Source of the DNA: Candidatus Poribacteria bacterium
Lineage (GTDB): Bacteria; Poribacteria; WGA-4E; PCPOR2b
Direction of reading: 5' to 3'
Assembly: GCA_965215015.1 (NCBI GenBank)
Contig: OZ244042.1
Span: forward strand, 1,408,001 to 1,472,000
Length of the DNA: 64,000 nt
The stretch's first letter is position 1. Each line of letters starts with the position of its first letter. Positions 48,271-58,900 of the stretch are shown here, one piece after another. The position numbers were made by a program, and so were the translations under genes. The notes under the pieces are model-generated. The model searched no databases, was not told the DNA's origin, and saw only the letters and a list, made by a program, of their open reading frames with translations.

Positions 48271-48897
48271 CTACAAGCTTTCAATACGCTCAATGAGAAG
48301 CGTCGCGAGGATTTCAATCTCCTCCTCACCCGAAACAACCACATCTGCAAACGCCTTACTCGGCTCAACCCAAGCGAAGTGCATAGGACGAGTCGTCGCG
48401 TAATATTGCTGGATGCATGAATCCACCGTGCGCCCTCGTTCTTGGATGTCGCGTACCAATCGACGGATGAAACGGATATCGGCAGGCACGTCAACGAATA
48501 CCTTCAGGTTAAGCAGCGACCGGACAGATTCAAGTGCGAGCAGTAGAATTCCCTCAACCAACACGACCGGCTTGGCCTGAAGCGTGAGGGTTTCAGGGCG
48601 GCGCGTATGCGCCGTGAAGTCGTAGCAAGGCACCCCAACGGCTTTCCCATGTCTGAGTTGGCGCATCTGTTGGGTCAATAATTGGACATCTAACGCGTCA
48701 GGGTGGTCGAAATTCACTCCTGCTCGCTCGTCAGGGAGAAGGTGACTGAGATCTTTGTAATAGGCGTCAAGACTCAATACGGCGGACCTGTGGCTGCCAA
48801 GTCGTCCGTGAATTGCTGCGGCGAGGGTTGTTTTACCAGATCCACTTCCCCCTGAAAATCCAATGAGAGTGGGTATCAATCCGATTGAGGTATCCAT
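48271..48897 (-). CDS. udk: Uridine kinase
   Basis: GGSGSGKTT, DAYYKD, NFDHPDA, VEGIL and RRLVRDIQERGR. Confidence 0.93.
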   Translation of the reverse strand: MDTSIGLIPTLIGFSGGSGSGKTTLAAAIHGRLGSHRSAVLSLDAYYKDLSHLLPDERAGVNFDHPDALDVQLLTQQMRQLRHGKAVGVPCYDFTAHTRRPETLTLQAKPVVLVEGILLLALESVRSLLNLKVFVDVPADIRFIRRLVRDIQERGRTVDSCIQQYYATTRPMHFAWVEPSKAFADVVVSGEEEIEILATLLIERIESL

Positions 48898-48976
48898 AAA
48901 GTCATGCTACCACCTAAACAAGGTAGCATACCTGTTGCAGGCAATGTCGAAAAACATCACGACCATCGAAACCAAG

Positions 48977-49489
48977 TTATACGCCTGTATCTCTATCTAA
49001 CTCAAAGTCCGCGAGTGCATCCCTTTCGTTCTCGTAGATAAAATTCTCAAGACTTGCCGCTCCTAGTTGTTTGAAAATGCGTGCTAGCATTGCAGACAAC
49101 CCGTAGACCTTCAGGTCACCACCGTTCCGTCTCAATTCATTGGATTTGCTGACCAATGTGCCTAATCCTGAACTATCAATTCGACGAGTCCTGCTGAGAT
49201 TGACAATGATTTTCATCGTGTTTTGGCTGATAAGTTGCTCAAGGACTTGACGTAACTGCGCTGATGAAAGTGCGATCAGGTCAGTATCGATATCAATGAT
49301 TTGAATCGTTGCCTTTTGACGTTGAATCTGACGCCACGTATCAACCGCGATTTGTACCTCCGCACTTGACAAGGGATCTGCTAACCCCATCACTTTATAA
49401 GATGCGATGTCGTCGGGAGGGGCATCTGATAAATCCATGTCGTGTCCTTCTGGAAGGTACTCACGAATTGTTATTGATCTTGTTGCCAT
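48977..49489 (-). CDS. STAS-domain protein (anti-sigma factor antagonist-like) with N-terminal extension
   Basis: IIVNLS..IDSSGLGTLV..GGDLK STAS motif; RBS AAAGGA. Confidence 0.8.
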   Translation of the reverse strand: MATRSITIREYLPEGHDMDLSDAPPDDIASYKVMGLADPLSSAEVQIAVDTWRQIQRQKATIQIIDIDTDLIALSSAQLRQVLEQLISQNTMKIIVNLSRTRRIDSSGLGTLVSKSNELRRNGGDLKVYGLSAMLARIFKQLGAASLENFIYENERDALADFELDRDTGV

Positions 49490-49715
49490 GAGGAATTCCT
49501 TTCTCGTATTTTAAAAAAACTTACCTCGCTTCAATCCGCCAATGGGTGAAGATCGAATGCTTTTATTTTATCTTAGTTCCTGGCAACAGGTCAAATAAAA
49601 TCTCGCAGGGCAATCGCATGTAAAGGTTGTCTAGGACTTGCCCACTGCGATTGCGAAAATTATGTCCTATTTCCTACTGTGCATGACTCTGACTTTGGCA
49701 TACGACAAAGGAAAT

Positions 49716-49756
49716 CCCATCGTGGGCACAGGTTAGAAACCTGTGCCCACGATGGG
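49716..49756. repeat. Perfect 19-bp REP-like inverted repeat
   Basis: CCCATCGTGGGCACAGGTT-AGA-AACCTGTGCCCACGATGGG. Confidence 0.85.
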
Positions 49757-49823
49757 GGTTCACCGAAGGTTCTGATTGTTCAATTGTCTACTATAACGGA
49801 TACAATTTCCCTATAAAATCCCG

Positions 49824-49852
49824 TTGTCCTCCCGGTTAAACTGTGTTACAAT
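49824..49852 (+). promoter_or_regulatory. Sigma70-type promoter for the sulfatase
   Basis: TTGTCC-17bp-TACAAT with extended -10 TG. Confidence 0.55.
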
Positions 49853-49917
49853 GTTCGCATCACAGCAGTGGAGGACCCTGTGTTTATCCCTTGTTTTAAT
49901 TCTAAAGGAGTGCTTTC

Positions 49918-51321
49918 ATGAACGCCCCAAATCTGCCTAATATTCTGTTCATCATGTCCGACGAACATGCCCCGATGTACAGTGGACCGTATGGACACCA
50001 TCTAGTTAAGACCCCTTATATGGATCGCCTTGCTACCGACGGCGTCACGTTTACCAATGCCTACTGTAACTCTCCCCTCTGTATGCCTTCGCGGATGTCT
50101 TTCATGACAGGTCGCTACATTCACCACATCGGTGCTTGGGATAACGCTACCCCCCTCCCCGCCGACACCGTTACTTGGGCACACTTATTGCGCGGAGTCG
50201 GGTACGATGCGGTTCTCTCGGGGAAACAGCACTTTGAAGGGCTAGACCAACTTCACGGATTCCGCGCCCAACTTGCGCGGGACCTCCACGCTGAAAACGA
50301 TCACGGTATTATTGATTGGGAAAATGGCACACCGGCTGCAAATCGTCCCTGGCCCGGGCTTGAGGAGGCAGGTCCCGGCACCACCACGGAAATCGAAGTA
50401 GACGATCTGGCAGAGGAGCAGGCGTTGGCTTACCTCCGCGATCCGGCGCGCCAGGAGCGGCCTTGGGCACTCAACGTCTCTTTCATCGCACCTCACTTTC
50501 CGCTCGTTGTGCCACAACGATTCTGGGATTTGTATCCTCTGGATGAAATTGACCTACCGGAGATTCCGCAGGGACATTTGGAGGACCAGCATCCAGTTTT
50601 CAAGCGGATGCGGCGTATGTTCGGCTGTGTCGATTTCTCGGAAGAACTGGTACGGAGAGGACGTGCAGGCTACTACGGCCTGATTACTTATCTCGATGAA
50701 AAAATTGGCCGTCTCCTTGAAACCCTCGAAGAGACCGGACAGTTGGATAACACTGTAATTGTGTATACCAGCGATCACGGCGAAATGAATGGGGAACACG
50801 GCATGTGGAGAAAGTCTAACTTCTACGAAGCCTCCGTTCGCGTGCCACTTCAAATTGTCTGGCCTGGACATCTGCCCGCCGGACGTCGGGTTGATGAGGT
50901 GGTTTCGCTTGTAGACCTCATCGCTACCGTCGTTGATCTCGCAGATGCAACGCCAGTTACCCCGTTAGACGGCGACAGCTTGCTGCCTCTGATGCAAGGA
51001 GAGGGGGAAGGTTGGAAGGACGAAGCCTTTTCCGAATATTTGGCGCACGGAGTCGCCCGTCCAGTCGCAATGCTGCGGCGGGGTAGATACAAACTCATCT
51101 ACAGCTTGGGCGACTCGCCGCAACTTTACGATGCTCAGACCGATCCAAATGAATTCCATGATCTTGCGGGAGATACCGCATATCAGTCAATTCTTGAAGA
51201 CCTTCAAACGCAGCTGTTATCTCATTGGGACCCGGTTGATTTGGAACAACGCGTGCGACGGAGCCAAAAAGAACGGATGCTCATTAACGCTGCTACCGAT
51301 GGGGCGTGGCGCAGATTTTAG
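49918..51321 (+). CDS. Cys-type sulfatase (choline-sulfatase-like)
   Basis: PNILFIMSDEH, CMPSR formylglycine motif, GKQH, PHFP and SDHGE..K.NFYE. Confidence 0.92.
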   Translation: MNAPNLPNILFIMSDEHAPMYSGPYGHHLVKTPYMDRLATDGVTFTNAYCNSPLCMPSRMSFMTGRYIHHIGAWDNATPLPADTVTWAHLLRGVGYDAVLSGKQHFEGLDQLHGFRAQLARDLHAENDHGIIDWENGTPAANRPWPGLEEAGPGTTTEIEVDDLAEEQALAYLRDPARQERPWALNVSFIAPHFPLVVPQRFWDLYPLDEIDLPEIPQGHLEDQHPVFKRMRRMFGCVDFSEELVRRGRAGYYGLITYLDEKIGRLLETLEETGQLDNTVIVYTSDHGEMNGEHGMWRKSNFYEASVRVPLQIVWPGHLPAGRRVDEVVSLVDLIATVVDLADATPVTPLDGDSLLPLMQGEGEGWKDEAFSEYLAHGVARPVAMLRRGRYKLIYSLGDSPQLYDAQTDPNEFHDLAGDTAYQSILEDLQTQLLSHWDPVDLEQRVRRSQKERMLINAATDGAWRRF

Positions 51322-51406
51322 CAGGCCTTGAGGGAACCGCGGCATGGAAACCCTACATAGTCAGTGTAGACTTGAGAGCTTAACTTACCAGCTCAGTTTC
51401 AGTTTA

Positions 51407-52264
51407 CTAGAGGCCGGCAGGGTTCTCAAGCCCTAAAAGCCCCAGCGTATCACGATGCAAGATTTGGGAGGGGAGATCCGCCGGCAGCGGCGGCAGCCGC
51501 ATCTCTTGAGAAAGCTGAACAACATCGTGTAGCCCCTTGATGGATTCATCGAAAGTGGTTATAGGATAATCGGTGCCGAAAAGCAATTTGTCAATAACAC
51601 CGTATTCAACTGCCAATCTTAGCGAATTATAGTATTGCCAAGGACGATAGAACAGCGCAGAAATGTCCGCAAAAACGTTGGGCTGCTTTCGGATTAGGAC
51701 AATGGCTTCAGCTTCCCAAGGGTGCCCGATGTGGGCAATGACCATTTTCAGGTCGGGAAAGCGGAGCGCGATATCTTCGAGCAGGATCGGATTGGCGTAT
51801 TTCAGTGGTGCCTTGCGGGGGTAGGTTGTGCCTTGATGGAACATAATCGGCAGTCCAAGTTCCTCTGCCCGCGCAAAGATTTTCAAGGCGCGTGGATCTA
51901 GCGGATCCCAACCACCATAGATTGGGCTCATCTTCAGTCCACGAAGCCCTAGCTCTTGGACAGCACGATCTACTTCCACGAGGGCGTGGTCTTCAGTCGG
52001 GCAGATTGCCGCAAAGCCGATCAGCTTCTTCGGATCTGTGCGAATATATTCGGCAACGGTGTCGTTGACCGTAAAGAATCCTGTGAGCGGTGCGCGCAGT
52101 CCAAACACAATTGCACGGTCTACTTTCGCTACAGCTGAAGCGTGTATCTCCGGTGTGATGTCCAAGTCGACTTCTTGTCTACGCATGATAAAGGTCTCGC
52201 GGGCGAGCTCCTCAGTCAATTCCCCCGGATATCGCCAGAAATGGGTATGGCAGTCAATGATCAT
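51407..52264 (-). CDS. Amidohydrolase_2 family protein
   Basis: IIDCHTH, FHQG, IAHIGHP and LLFGTDYP. Confidence 0.88.
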   Translation of the reverse strand: MIIDCHTHFWRYPGELTEELARETFIMRRQEVDLDITPEIHASAVAKVDRAIVFGLRAPLTGFFTVNDTVAEYIRTDPKKLIGFAAICPTEDHALVEVDRAVQELGLRGLKMSPIYGGWDPLDPRALKIFARAEELGLPIMFHQGTTYPRKAPLKYANPILLEDIALRFPDLKMVIAHIGHPWEAEAIVLIRKQPNVFADISALFYRPWQYYNSLRLAVEYGVIDKLLFGTDYPITTFDESIKGLHDVVQLSQEMRLPPLPADLPSQILHRDTLGLLGLENPAGL

Positions 52265-52470
52265 GGGTATTCCAACCTTTTTGGTTCATTGGTTTACCTG
52301 TTCATTAATGAACGAATGTGCTCATGAACTAACACAGTTACATTGGTTCATCAACACAATAAATATTCGCTCATGCTAAGAAATTGATGCAACAGCCCCC
52401 GAATTTTTTCGGAAAAACTCGGGAGTTGTTCGTGTTTTGCACTCTCTTTTTACATGAACCTAAATATTAA

Positions 52471-52723
52471 TAGGACTTACGCAGTTGAATGCTCAAAGGC
52501 CCGATGTTGTTGCGTTGGAATAACGCTTACAACATCGGGGATTCACGGTTATGTAAGGTTTCTAAATCGGAAACCAGCAGAACGGGAACCTGTAATTCGG
52601 TGATTCATCTCCGCACAATATAACTCACGACGCCCGATGAATCGGGCAATTACAGCAAGGACTCCATCAGGAAGCTCGTAGGGAACAACTATCGGTGTTC
52701 CCTACTGAAGTGCGTAGGTACCA
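52471..52723. mobile_element. MITE-like element, family B, copy 3
   Basis: TAGGACTTACGCAGTTGAATGCTCAAAG ... degenerate TGCGTAGGTACCA; shares the ACGCCCGATGAATCGGGCAA and GACTCCAT..CGTAGGG modules with copy 2. Confidence 0.65.
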
Positions 52724-52724
52724 A

Positions 52725-53618
52725 TTAATTCGCTTCTCTCGTAGTTTGAGAATACTCGACAGCGAATGCAATCATCGCTTCTGCGACCTTGATTCCCGTA
52801 ACCGCTTCGATTTCTTCAAATCCCGGCGAGGGATTGACCTCTAACACCATTGGGCCCGCTAGCGTCTCCAACAGATCTACCCCCGCAATATCCAATTCCA
52901 TTACCGCCGCAGCTTGGATTGCTGTGGCACTATATTCACTGTGAAGCTCAATAGGATGTCCCTGTCCGCCACGATGGATGTTTGATCGAAACTCGCCTTC
53001 TTGTGCCGTTCTTCTCATGGCGGCAACAACCTTTCCGCCGATCACAATCACCCGCACATCATTCCCCGCCGATTCTGCGATAAAGGGTTGGATGACATAA
53101 TCTTGGTGAAGATTGCACATTGCGTCAATCGCTGATTTGAGCGATGTTGGAGTATCGAGCAATAAGATTGCGTTGCCGTGAGTGCCTTCAAAAGGCTTCA
53201 TTATAAAAGGGTATTCGCCGATCTGATGCACAGATCTATCCACGTAACGAGCTGAACCCGCAGCAAAACTGGGCGGGACAGGCAGACCATGCTGGGCAAG
53301 GATGCGGAGGGCACGGAATTTATTTCGGGCGTTTGCAATCGCGTATGATCGATTGATTACTGGAGTATCGGTCCATTCAAAATGTTCCACTACCTCCTCG
53401 CCGTATTGCGCTGTCGCCGCGCTTAAACGTGGGAGCACGACACCGAAATCTGCTGCGGAGGTTCCTTCGTAGTAAATACGTGCCCCTGAACCACCGATAT
53501 GCAGATAAAATCCGAATGGATTAAGAACTTTTGGTGTGTGCCCGACTGCGAGGGAAGCTTCAACCAATCGTCGGGTGGCGTGGTTTTGCGTGCCGAGGGA
53601 GATGATGCCAATTTTCAT
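52725..53618 (-). CDS. rimK: RimK-family ATP-grasp alpha-L-glutamate ligase
   Basis: ATRRLVEA, RNKFRAL, GTHG, DVRVIVIGG, EFRSNIHRGG, AGVD and EVNPSPG. Confidence 0.85.
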   Translation of the reverse strand: MKIGIISLGTQNHATRRLVEASLAVGHTPKVLNPFGFYLHIGGSGARIYYEGTSAADFGVVLPRLSAATAQYGEEVVEHFEWTDTPVINRSYAIANARNKFRALRILAQHGLPVPPSFAAGSARYVDRSVHQIGEYPFIMKPFEGTHGNAILLLDTPTSLKSAIDAMCNLHQDYVIQPFIAESAGNDVRVIVIGGKVVAAMRRTAQEGEFRSNIHRGGQGHPIELHSEYSATAIQAAAVMELDIAGVDLLETLAGPMVLEVNPSPGFEEIEAVTGIKVAEAMIAFAVEYSQTTREAN

Positions 53619-53723
53619 TCTAGTATAGATTCAAGTTCCGATTGCGTTGCCTCAACACTTTGACCGGGATGTATGGTGTTTTCTGCAATGTCCAAACAAG
53701 CAAACAGAGCCGAAGGCTATCTG

Positions 53724-54758
53724 CTAAATGCCTACTTGCTGATCTCCCAAAAACACTTCGAGTTCCTCAATGGTGTTAAAAATCCGTTCACACAGATGTT
53801 CAAAAAATGGGCTGCGTGCATGGGAGTATACGGCATAAACCGGTTTGTTATAGCGGGAAGCAAAGTTCATCTCACTTAAGACACCGGGAGAAAGCTTATC
53901 AGTTGGATAGATAACTATAATAAAATCGCTCTGGTGAATAAATTGGTAATCTCTGGAAATGGTGCGTGTTTTAATCTGCACACTGAAATCCCGATCGATA
54001 TCACTGACAGTTGTGATTTCACTGTCAGCTGTCTCCTCCTGAGAGGATTCCGAGGAATGGATCAGGCCCATATCCTCGATGTCGAGTGGATCAAATATGA
54101 TAAAGTCTTTCCGCATCTCTGAACCAAATGCGCGGATGCTTTCAATCTGATTCGGCACCTCTTGGCGTATAAGCGTGATCGGATAGCTCAAGTAAAATTT
54201 CTTCTTTTTTGAAAAAAGCAGGTCATAGAAGTTTTCCAGATTATGCTGCCGAGCGACGGTATAGTGAGACTGTCCTTTGAGGTTAGCGAGTTGTTTGGTT
54301 AGAAATTCTTCTTCATCGAGCCAGACATTGATTTCGTCGCGTCGCATGCCTGTCCACTGCGGATTATCCTCCATACGTTGAGCGATGTCCGCAAGATTGT
54401 CCACCACATTGATAAACACATCAGCCGGCAAGCTCTCCATATCTCGAAACGAGATGCCTTCAACCAGTTTTCCATTCCACCGGAAGCAAGCGTGCAAACC
54501 GACAAAGGTATGCTCATAGTCATGCGCGGTATTGGCAATCTCGTAGAAAGCCGATTGGCGTGATAACGAGAGGACAGCGGGGTCAGAATCGAGCACTTTG
54601 TCTGTGAATTTAACTCCAGATGCTGCAGCCGCGCTGTACATAAAATCTCCGACGTTGAAAAACCCAATCCGCATCCCTTTATCCCGGCAGAGTGCTTCAA
54701 ACTCCTGCATCAGTTCCTTTCTGCCTGAACAACTGATTCCTGTGCAGATGATATTCAT
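53724..54758 (-). CDS. Fusion: archaeal-AdkA-like P-loop nucleotide kinase domain + nucleoside 2-deoxyribosyltransferase/DNPH1(Rcl)-like N-glycosidase domain
   Basis: N-terminal TGISCSGRK degenerate P-loop, NVGDFM and LHA; C-terminal FYLSYP..FDP..RDYQFIHQSD..SPGVLSEMNFA..KPVYAV matches the NDT/Rcl fold pattern. Confidence 0.65.
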   Translation of the reverse strand: MNIICTGISCSGRKELMQEFEALCRDKGMRIGFFNVGDFMYSAAAASGVKFTDKVLDSDPAVLSLSRQSAFYEIANTAHDYEHTFVGLHACFRWNGKLVEGISFRDMESLPADVFINVVDNLADIAQRMEDNPQWTGMRRDEINVWLDEEEFLTKQLANLKGQSHYTVARQHNLENFYDLLFSKKKKFYLSYPITLIRQEVPNQIESIRAFGSEMRKDFIIFDPLDIEDMGLIHSSESSQEETADSEITTVSDIDRDFSVQIKTRTISRDYQFIHQSDFIIVIYPTDKLSPGVLSEMNFASRYNKPVYAVYSHARSPFFEHLCERIFNTIEELEVFLGDQQVGI

Positions 54759-54820
54759 AGGAATGCTCCGGTTTGGGTGGGCACATCTGAGTTTGTTTAG
54801 CTAGCGCACCTGATTTATAC

Positions 54821-55846
54821 TTAGAATCGTAGAAGGAGGGAGATTCGGTGAGCGTTGCCGACACCTTGGTCTGGAACAAAGGCATAGTCAAACTGAAAAT
54901 TGACGTTTTCGAGAGAAGCCTCCCCAATTCGACGTAGTCCAAACCCAGCCGTTAACCCATTTTTGGGATTTTCTCCTTGGCTAAAGCTGTATCCAACGCG
55001 AAGGGCAAGCATACTATAAAACCAATTCTCTGCGCCCAAATGGAAGGTTGGAAATCCAGCAACAATCGGATAGTTGACATCGGCTGCCAATGCGAAAAGG
55101 TCTCGCGGTATTCTCGGACTGTTAGCATTAGACTTGGTGCGGATGTGGTAAGCGATGCCACCACGCACATTCATCGGCAGGTTTTCTTCTGTATCTAGAA
55201 AACCCAGGTTTTGTGCTGCGATCCCCATGCCGAGCCTGTTGTCTAGGATTTGTAAAAGCATTCCAACATCAACGGCAGCACCAATTGAATCCTCAACATC
55301 AAGTTGCTGAGAAATTGTTTTCGCTGTTGCCCCAACCGACAATCCTGGGGATAAAATATGTGCGATAGATAATCCTGCAGCAAAACCACCAACCGTGGCA
55401 GTGCTATCAGGTTCCTCTGTCGCCCGGCGACGGCGTTCAATCTCTGTAAACGCACCGAGGAAGCTTGCGCCCCAGGTGCTTTTGCCACTGAAGCGTTGTG
55501 CATAACCGAGAAATTGGTTACTGATATCCGCAATCGAGAAGTTCTGCATTGCAGTAAATTGGCGTTGGCCCACCGCTGTCAAGCCAGCAGGATTCCAATA
55601 TATTGTGTTGACATCATTAGCCAAGCCTGCGAATGCGCCTCCCATCCCAGCGGGGCGGCTGCCTGCTTCAATTTTAAGGAATGCAGCACCCACTGTACCG
55701 GCATCCTCGTGAATGTCCGCAGCAAAAGCGGGAAAAGCAATGATTGCAAAAAATACTGTCAGAATCAGGATTTTAGGATTACAAAAGCTCTCGTCTTTTA
55801 ATCTTATTAATCCTTTAATCCTGATTAATTCCTGTTTTGGGGGCAT
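54821..55846 (-). CDS. PorV/PorQ-family outer-membrane protein (second paralogue)
   Basis: GTVGAAFLKIEAGSR..MGGAF..ANDVNTIYWNPAGL and FDYAF..AHRISLLLRF; RBS GGAG before ATG 55846. Confidence 0.88.
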   Translation of the reverse strand: MPPKQELIRIKGLIRLKDESFCNPKILILTVFFAIIAFPAFAADIHEDAGTVGAAFLKIEAGSRPAGMGGAFAGLANDVNTIYWNPAGLTAVGQRQFTAMQNFSIADISNQFLGYAQRFSGKSTWGASFLGAFTEIERRRRATEEPDSTATVGGFAAGLSIAHILSPGLSVGATAKTISQQLDVEDSIGAAVDVGMLLQILDNRLGMGIAAQNLGFLDTEENLPMNVRGGIAYHIRTKSNANSPRIPRDLFALAADVNYPIVAGFPTFHLGAENWFYSMLALRVGYSFSQGENPKNGLTAGFGLRRIGEASLENVNFQFDYAFVPDQGVGNAHRISLLLRF

Positions 55847-55928
55847 CTGTTTCTCCAATTCTTTGATTTGGTTCATAAATGAATACCTGAACTTTTGACA
55901 TATATTCAAAAAAAGGGGGTGCTCATAC

Positions 55929-58900
55929 CTATTCAACCACGACAAGCTTTCCGACCGCATTGGTGCGGTTACTCGTCACCACATCCTCTGCTTCCAAGCG
56001 GAAGATATAGATTCCACGAGCAACATCAGTGCCGGACTGATTGGTCAAATCCCACATCACTTCACTGTCGATCCTACCAGGGCTCAGGTCTCTATATTCC
56101 TTTTCGTATACCAAGTCGCCTGCAAAATCATAGATACTTAGGACAATCCGCGCACCTTCCCCACCGGGAACGTTGACTTCAAAGGAGAAATGGGCAGTTT
56201 CACCGTTTGAACGTCTTGAGAGACTGAGTGGGTTGGGCCAAACATATGTCGGACCTTTGAAGATAAGTGACACTGAGAAATTGACAGTCACAGCATCGTA
56301 AATACCGGTATTACCGGCGCGATCGGTGACGCGAACATCTAGGTTGTATTCACCAGACTGAGAAGGCAGAAAATCGATTGACCAGCGACTCCAAGGATCT
56401 TCCTCCTCTTCACTGTCATCTTTTGCAGCAACCGGATCAATCAGTAGACCATCGGGCCCAGTACCGACAATTTCGACCAGCGCGACTTCAGAGGCAGGAA
56501 TATCGTTCTCTGATGGGTCCCGCGCAGTGCCTTGTAGGGGCAACGGTTCATCTTCAAAAGTTGTTTCCCCAACTAAATCCGTCAACTCAACAACCGGCTT
56601 TGTAGTTTCAAAGAGGAACTGCGTCGTGACCGAATCGGTCGGTTGGAAGCCAAGATTTGCAACATCCAAACCGACACTGGTAATGGTCACCTGATAAAGT
56701 CCCTGTTCATTGAGCGGGCCGGATTTGAAGCGGATGCTGTCAGTACCGTTCTGCGTCGTGGTCCCGGGGATAACCTCTCCAGAAGGGGAACGCACGACAA
56801 TCGAAGAATTGACCAAATCGGCTCCAAGGCCGGAGCTGCCATCGGGATTGACATCAGAGAACTTTGCATCAATGGTGATGCTGCCGCTTTTATTAGTTGC
56901 CGAAGGATAATACGGATCGTTTAAGTCAGTCAGTAAGGGTTGGCCATCAATGAACAACGAACCAGTGTCAATCGCCGGCGGGCGCGTGTCGTAGAAAAAG
57001 AGGTACTCAACGGCTTCGGTGGCGTTACCCGCACGGTCCTTCGGGGTAATTGTCAGTAGATATATACCATCTTGACTCCCATCGCTAGCGAGGGGCATTA
57101 TCAGGCTTAACAAAAGCACCTGTTCTTCATCGGTAGAAAGCGTTCCATCAAGCTTGCGTTTCCGCCTAACATCATCAAGCGTAATCCATGCCCCATCAAG
57201 GTTATCCCAATCGACTCCCGAACTTGGTTCGTCATCGGTGATAAGCGCACCGACCGAAATCAGCGAATTATTGACACCCGGTTCCGCAACGATCAATTGA
57301 ATTGAGGTTGGCTCCACTTCAGGTGCAACAGTGTCATAGACGAAGGTAAACTGCTCGGGCACTCCCTGCCGTCCCGCACTATTGACAGGGACTACTACAA
57401 TAGTATAAGTACCATCATCGGAGCCATCGGTAGCGAGTTGCCGCAAAAGTCGATAAATCAACATTCTTCCCTGACGCACCTGTTGTCCGGGGACGGTTGT
57501 GCCATCGGGGGCAAGCAATGCAATTGTAGAACGGTTCGCCGCCCCATCGTCCGATTGAAGCTCAACTGTGACCTGACGGAGCGGTTCATTTGTAAATGCT
57601 TCTTCCGCAGGCGTAGTTTTTGGAACGGTTGAAAGGACAACCGGCATACCGGATGAAAAGGTGAACTGTGTCTCAAACGGGGCGTTTGATCCGTTGCCTG
57701 CGCGATCGATTGCCTCCACACGGATTGTATAATTGCCATCTGCGACAAGACCGTTAATTTGCAATGTCAGTCTTTGATTTCCATCGTTGCTCTGTACGCC
57801 GTTAATTGGGGCTCCGGTTGGATCCAACACCGTCAACGCCGACGCAGCAAAGTCAATGCCGCTATCGCCAGAATCATTCAGACGCGCTGTAATCAACGTA
57901 ATATCATCACTGCGGAGGTCCCCATCGGTTGGATCGGTGCTAATAAGTATGGGTGCTTGGGTATCGTAAACAAGCTGATGCGAAAGCAGGTTAAGGTTAC
58001 CAGCTTTATCCGTCAAATCTAGACTAATGGTGTACACTCCATCATCACTTCCATCGGCTGTAAGGGGCTGTGAAAGCGTCAGAAAAATTTGGGCTTCCCC
58101 ATCATCGGATTGAATCGCTGGAACCACATTCCCCCCAGCATCGCGAAGTTGAAGGCGTTGATCTTCAACCTCCAAACCCGCCGGCCCCAAATCTTCAACC
58201 TGAGCGGCGATTTGGATAATCTGCTGACCGATATAGGATAGTGGTTGCGTCAGATCGATTGGCGTTACCGAAGCCACTTCAGGCTCTTGTGTATCAAGCG
58301 TAAATTGATACCGAGCAGGTATGCCCAATCTGCCGCCACTATTGACAGGTGTAACCGTCACGGTGTAAATACCATCTGCTGAACCATCTGTGGCGAGCTG
58401 TAGCGGACGCCACACAATCTGGTTCTTTCCACGCGAGGTCTGAACTCCTTCAACCTCACCAAAGGGGCCTGTTACGGCGATTGTCGAACCATCCGATGTC
58501 AAATTCAAACCGGGGGCACTGACATCTTCAAGCGTTGCAATGATTTCATCCAAGCGGTTCACAAATTCGGCCGGCACCATTCGACCACCAATTGTCACAG
58601 CAGAAACAGTACTGTACCCAAGCTCCAAACCGAATTCGTACTCAATGGCGTGGCTTGAGACATTGCCTGCCATGTCCCGCGGTGTAATTTCGAGTGTGTA
58701 AGTCCCCGGCTGATACAGCGACGCAAAGCTGACAATAATGGTATCGACCCCATCATCGCGGGTATTAATGCTGAGGGGTGTCTGCCCCGGACCAAGCAAT
58801 TGGGCACCGGTGCCAACCAGATCTATTCCGCTCACAGGTGTCGTTTCACCATTCGCATCAGAAAGCTTAATGGTCAATCCATTAAACGAGCTCTCAATAA

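Noticed and set aside
48977-49489. STAS protein as part of a partner-switching system
   Set aside because: No anti-sigma kinase, PP2C phosphatase or sigma factor nearby; recorded as a feature only.
52725-53618. RimK as a RiPP (graspetide) ligase or modifier of the acidic RpoZ tail
   Set aside because: The sequence looks like ordinary RimK, there is no adjacent precursor peptide, and RpoZ ends in GL rather than Glu and is 40 kb away.
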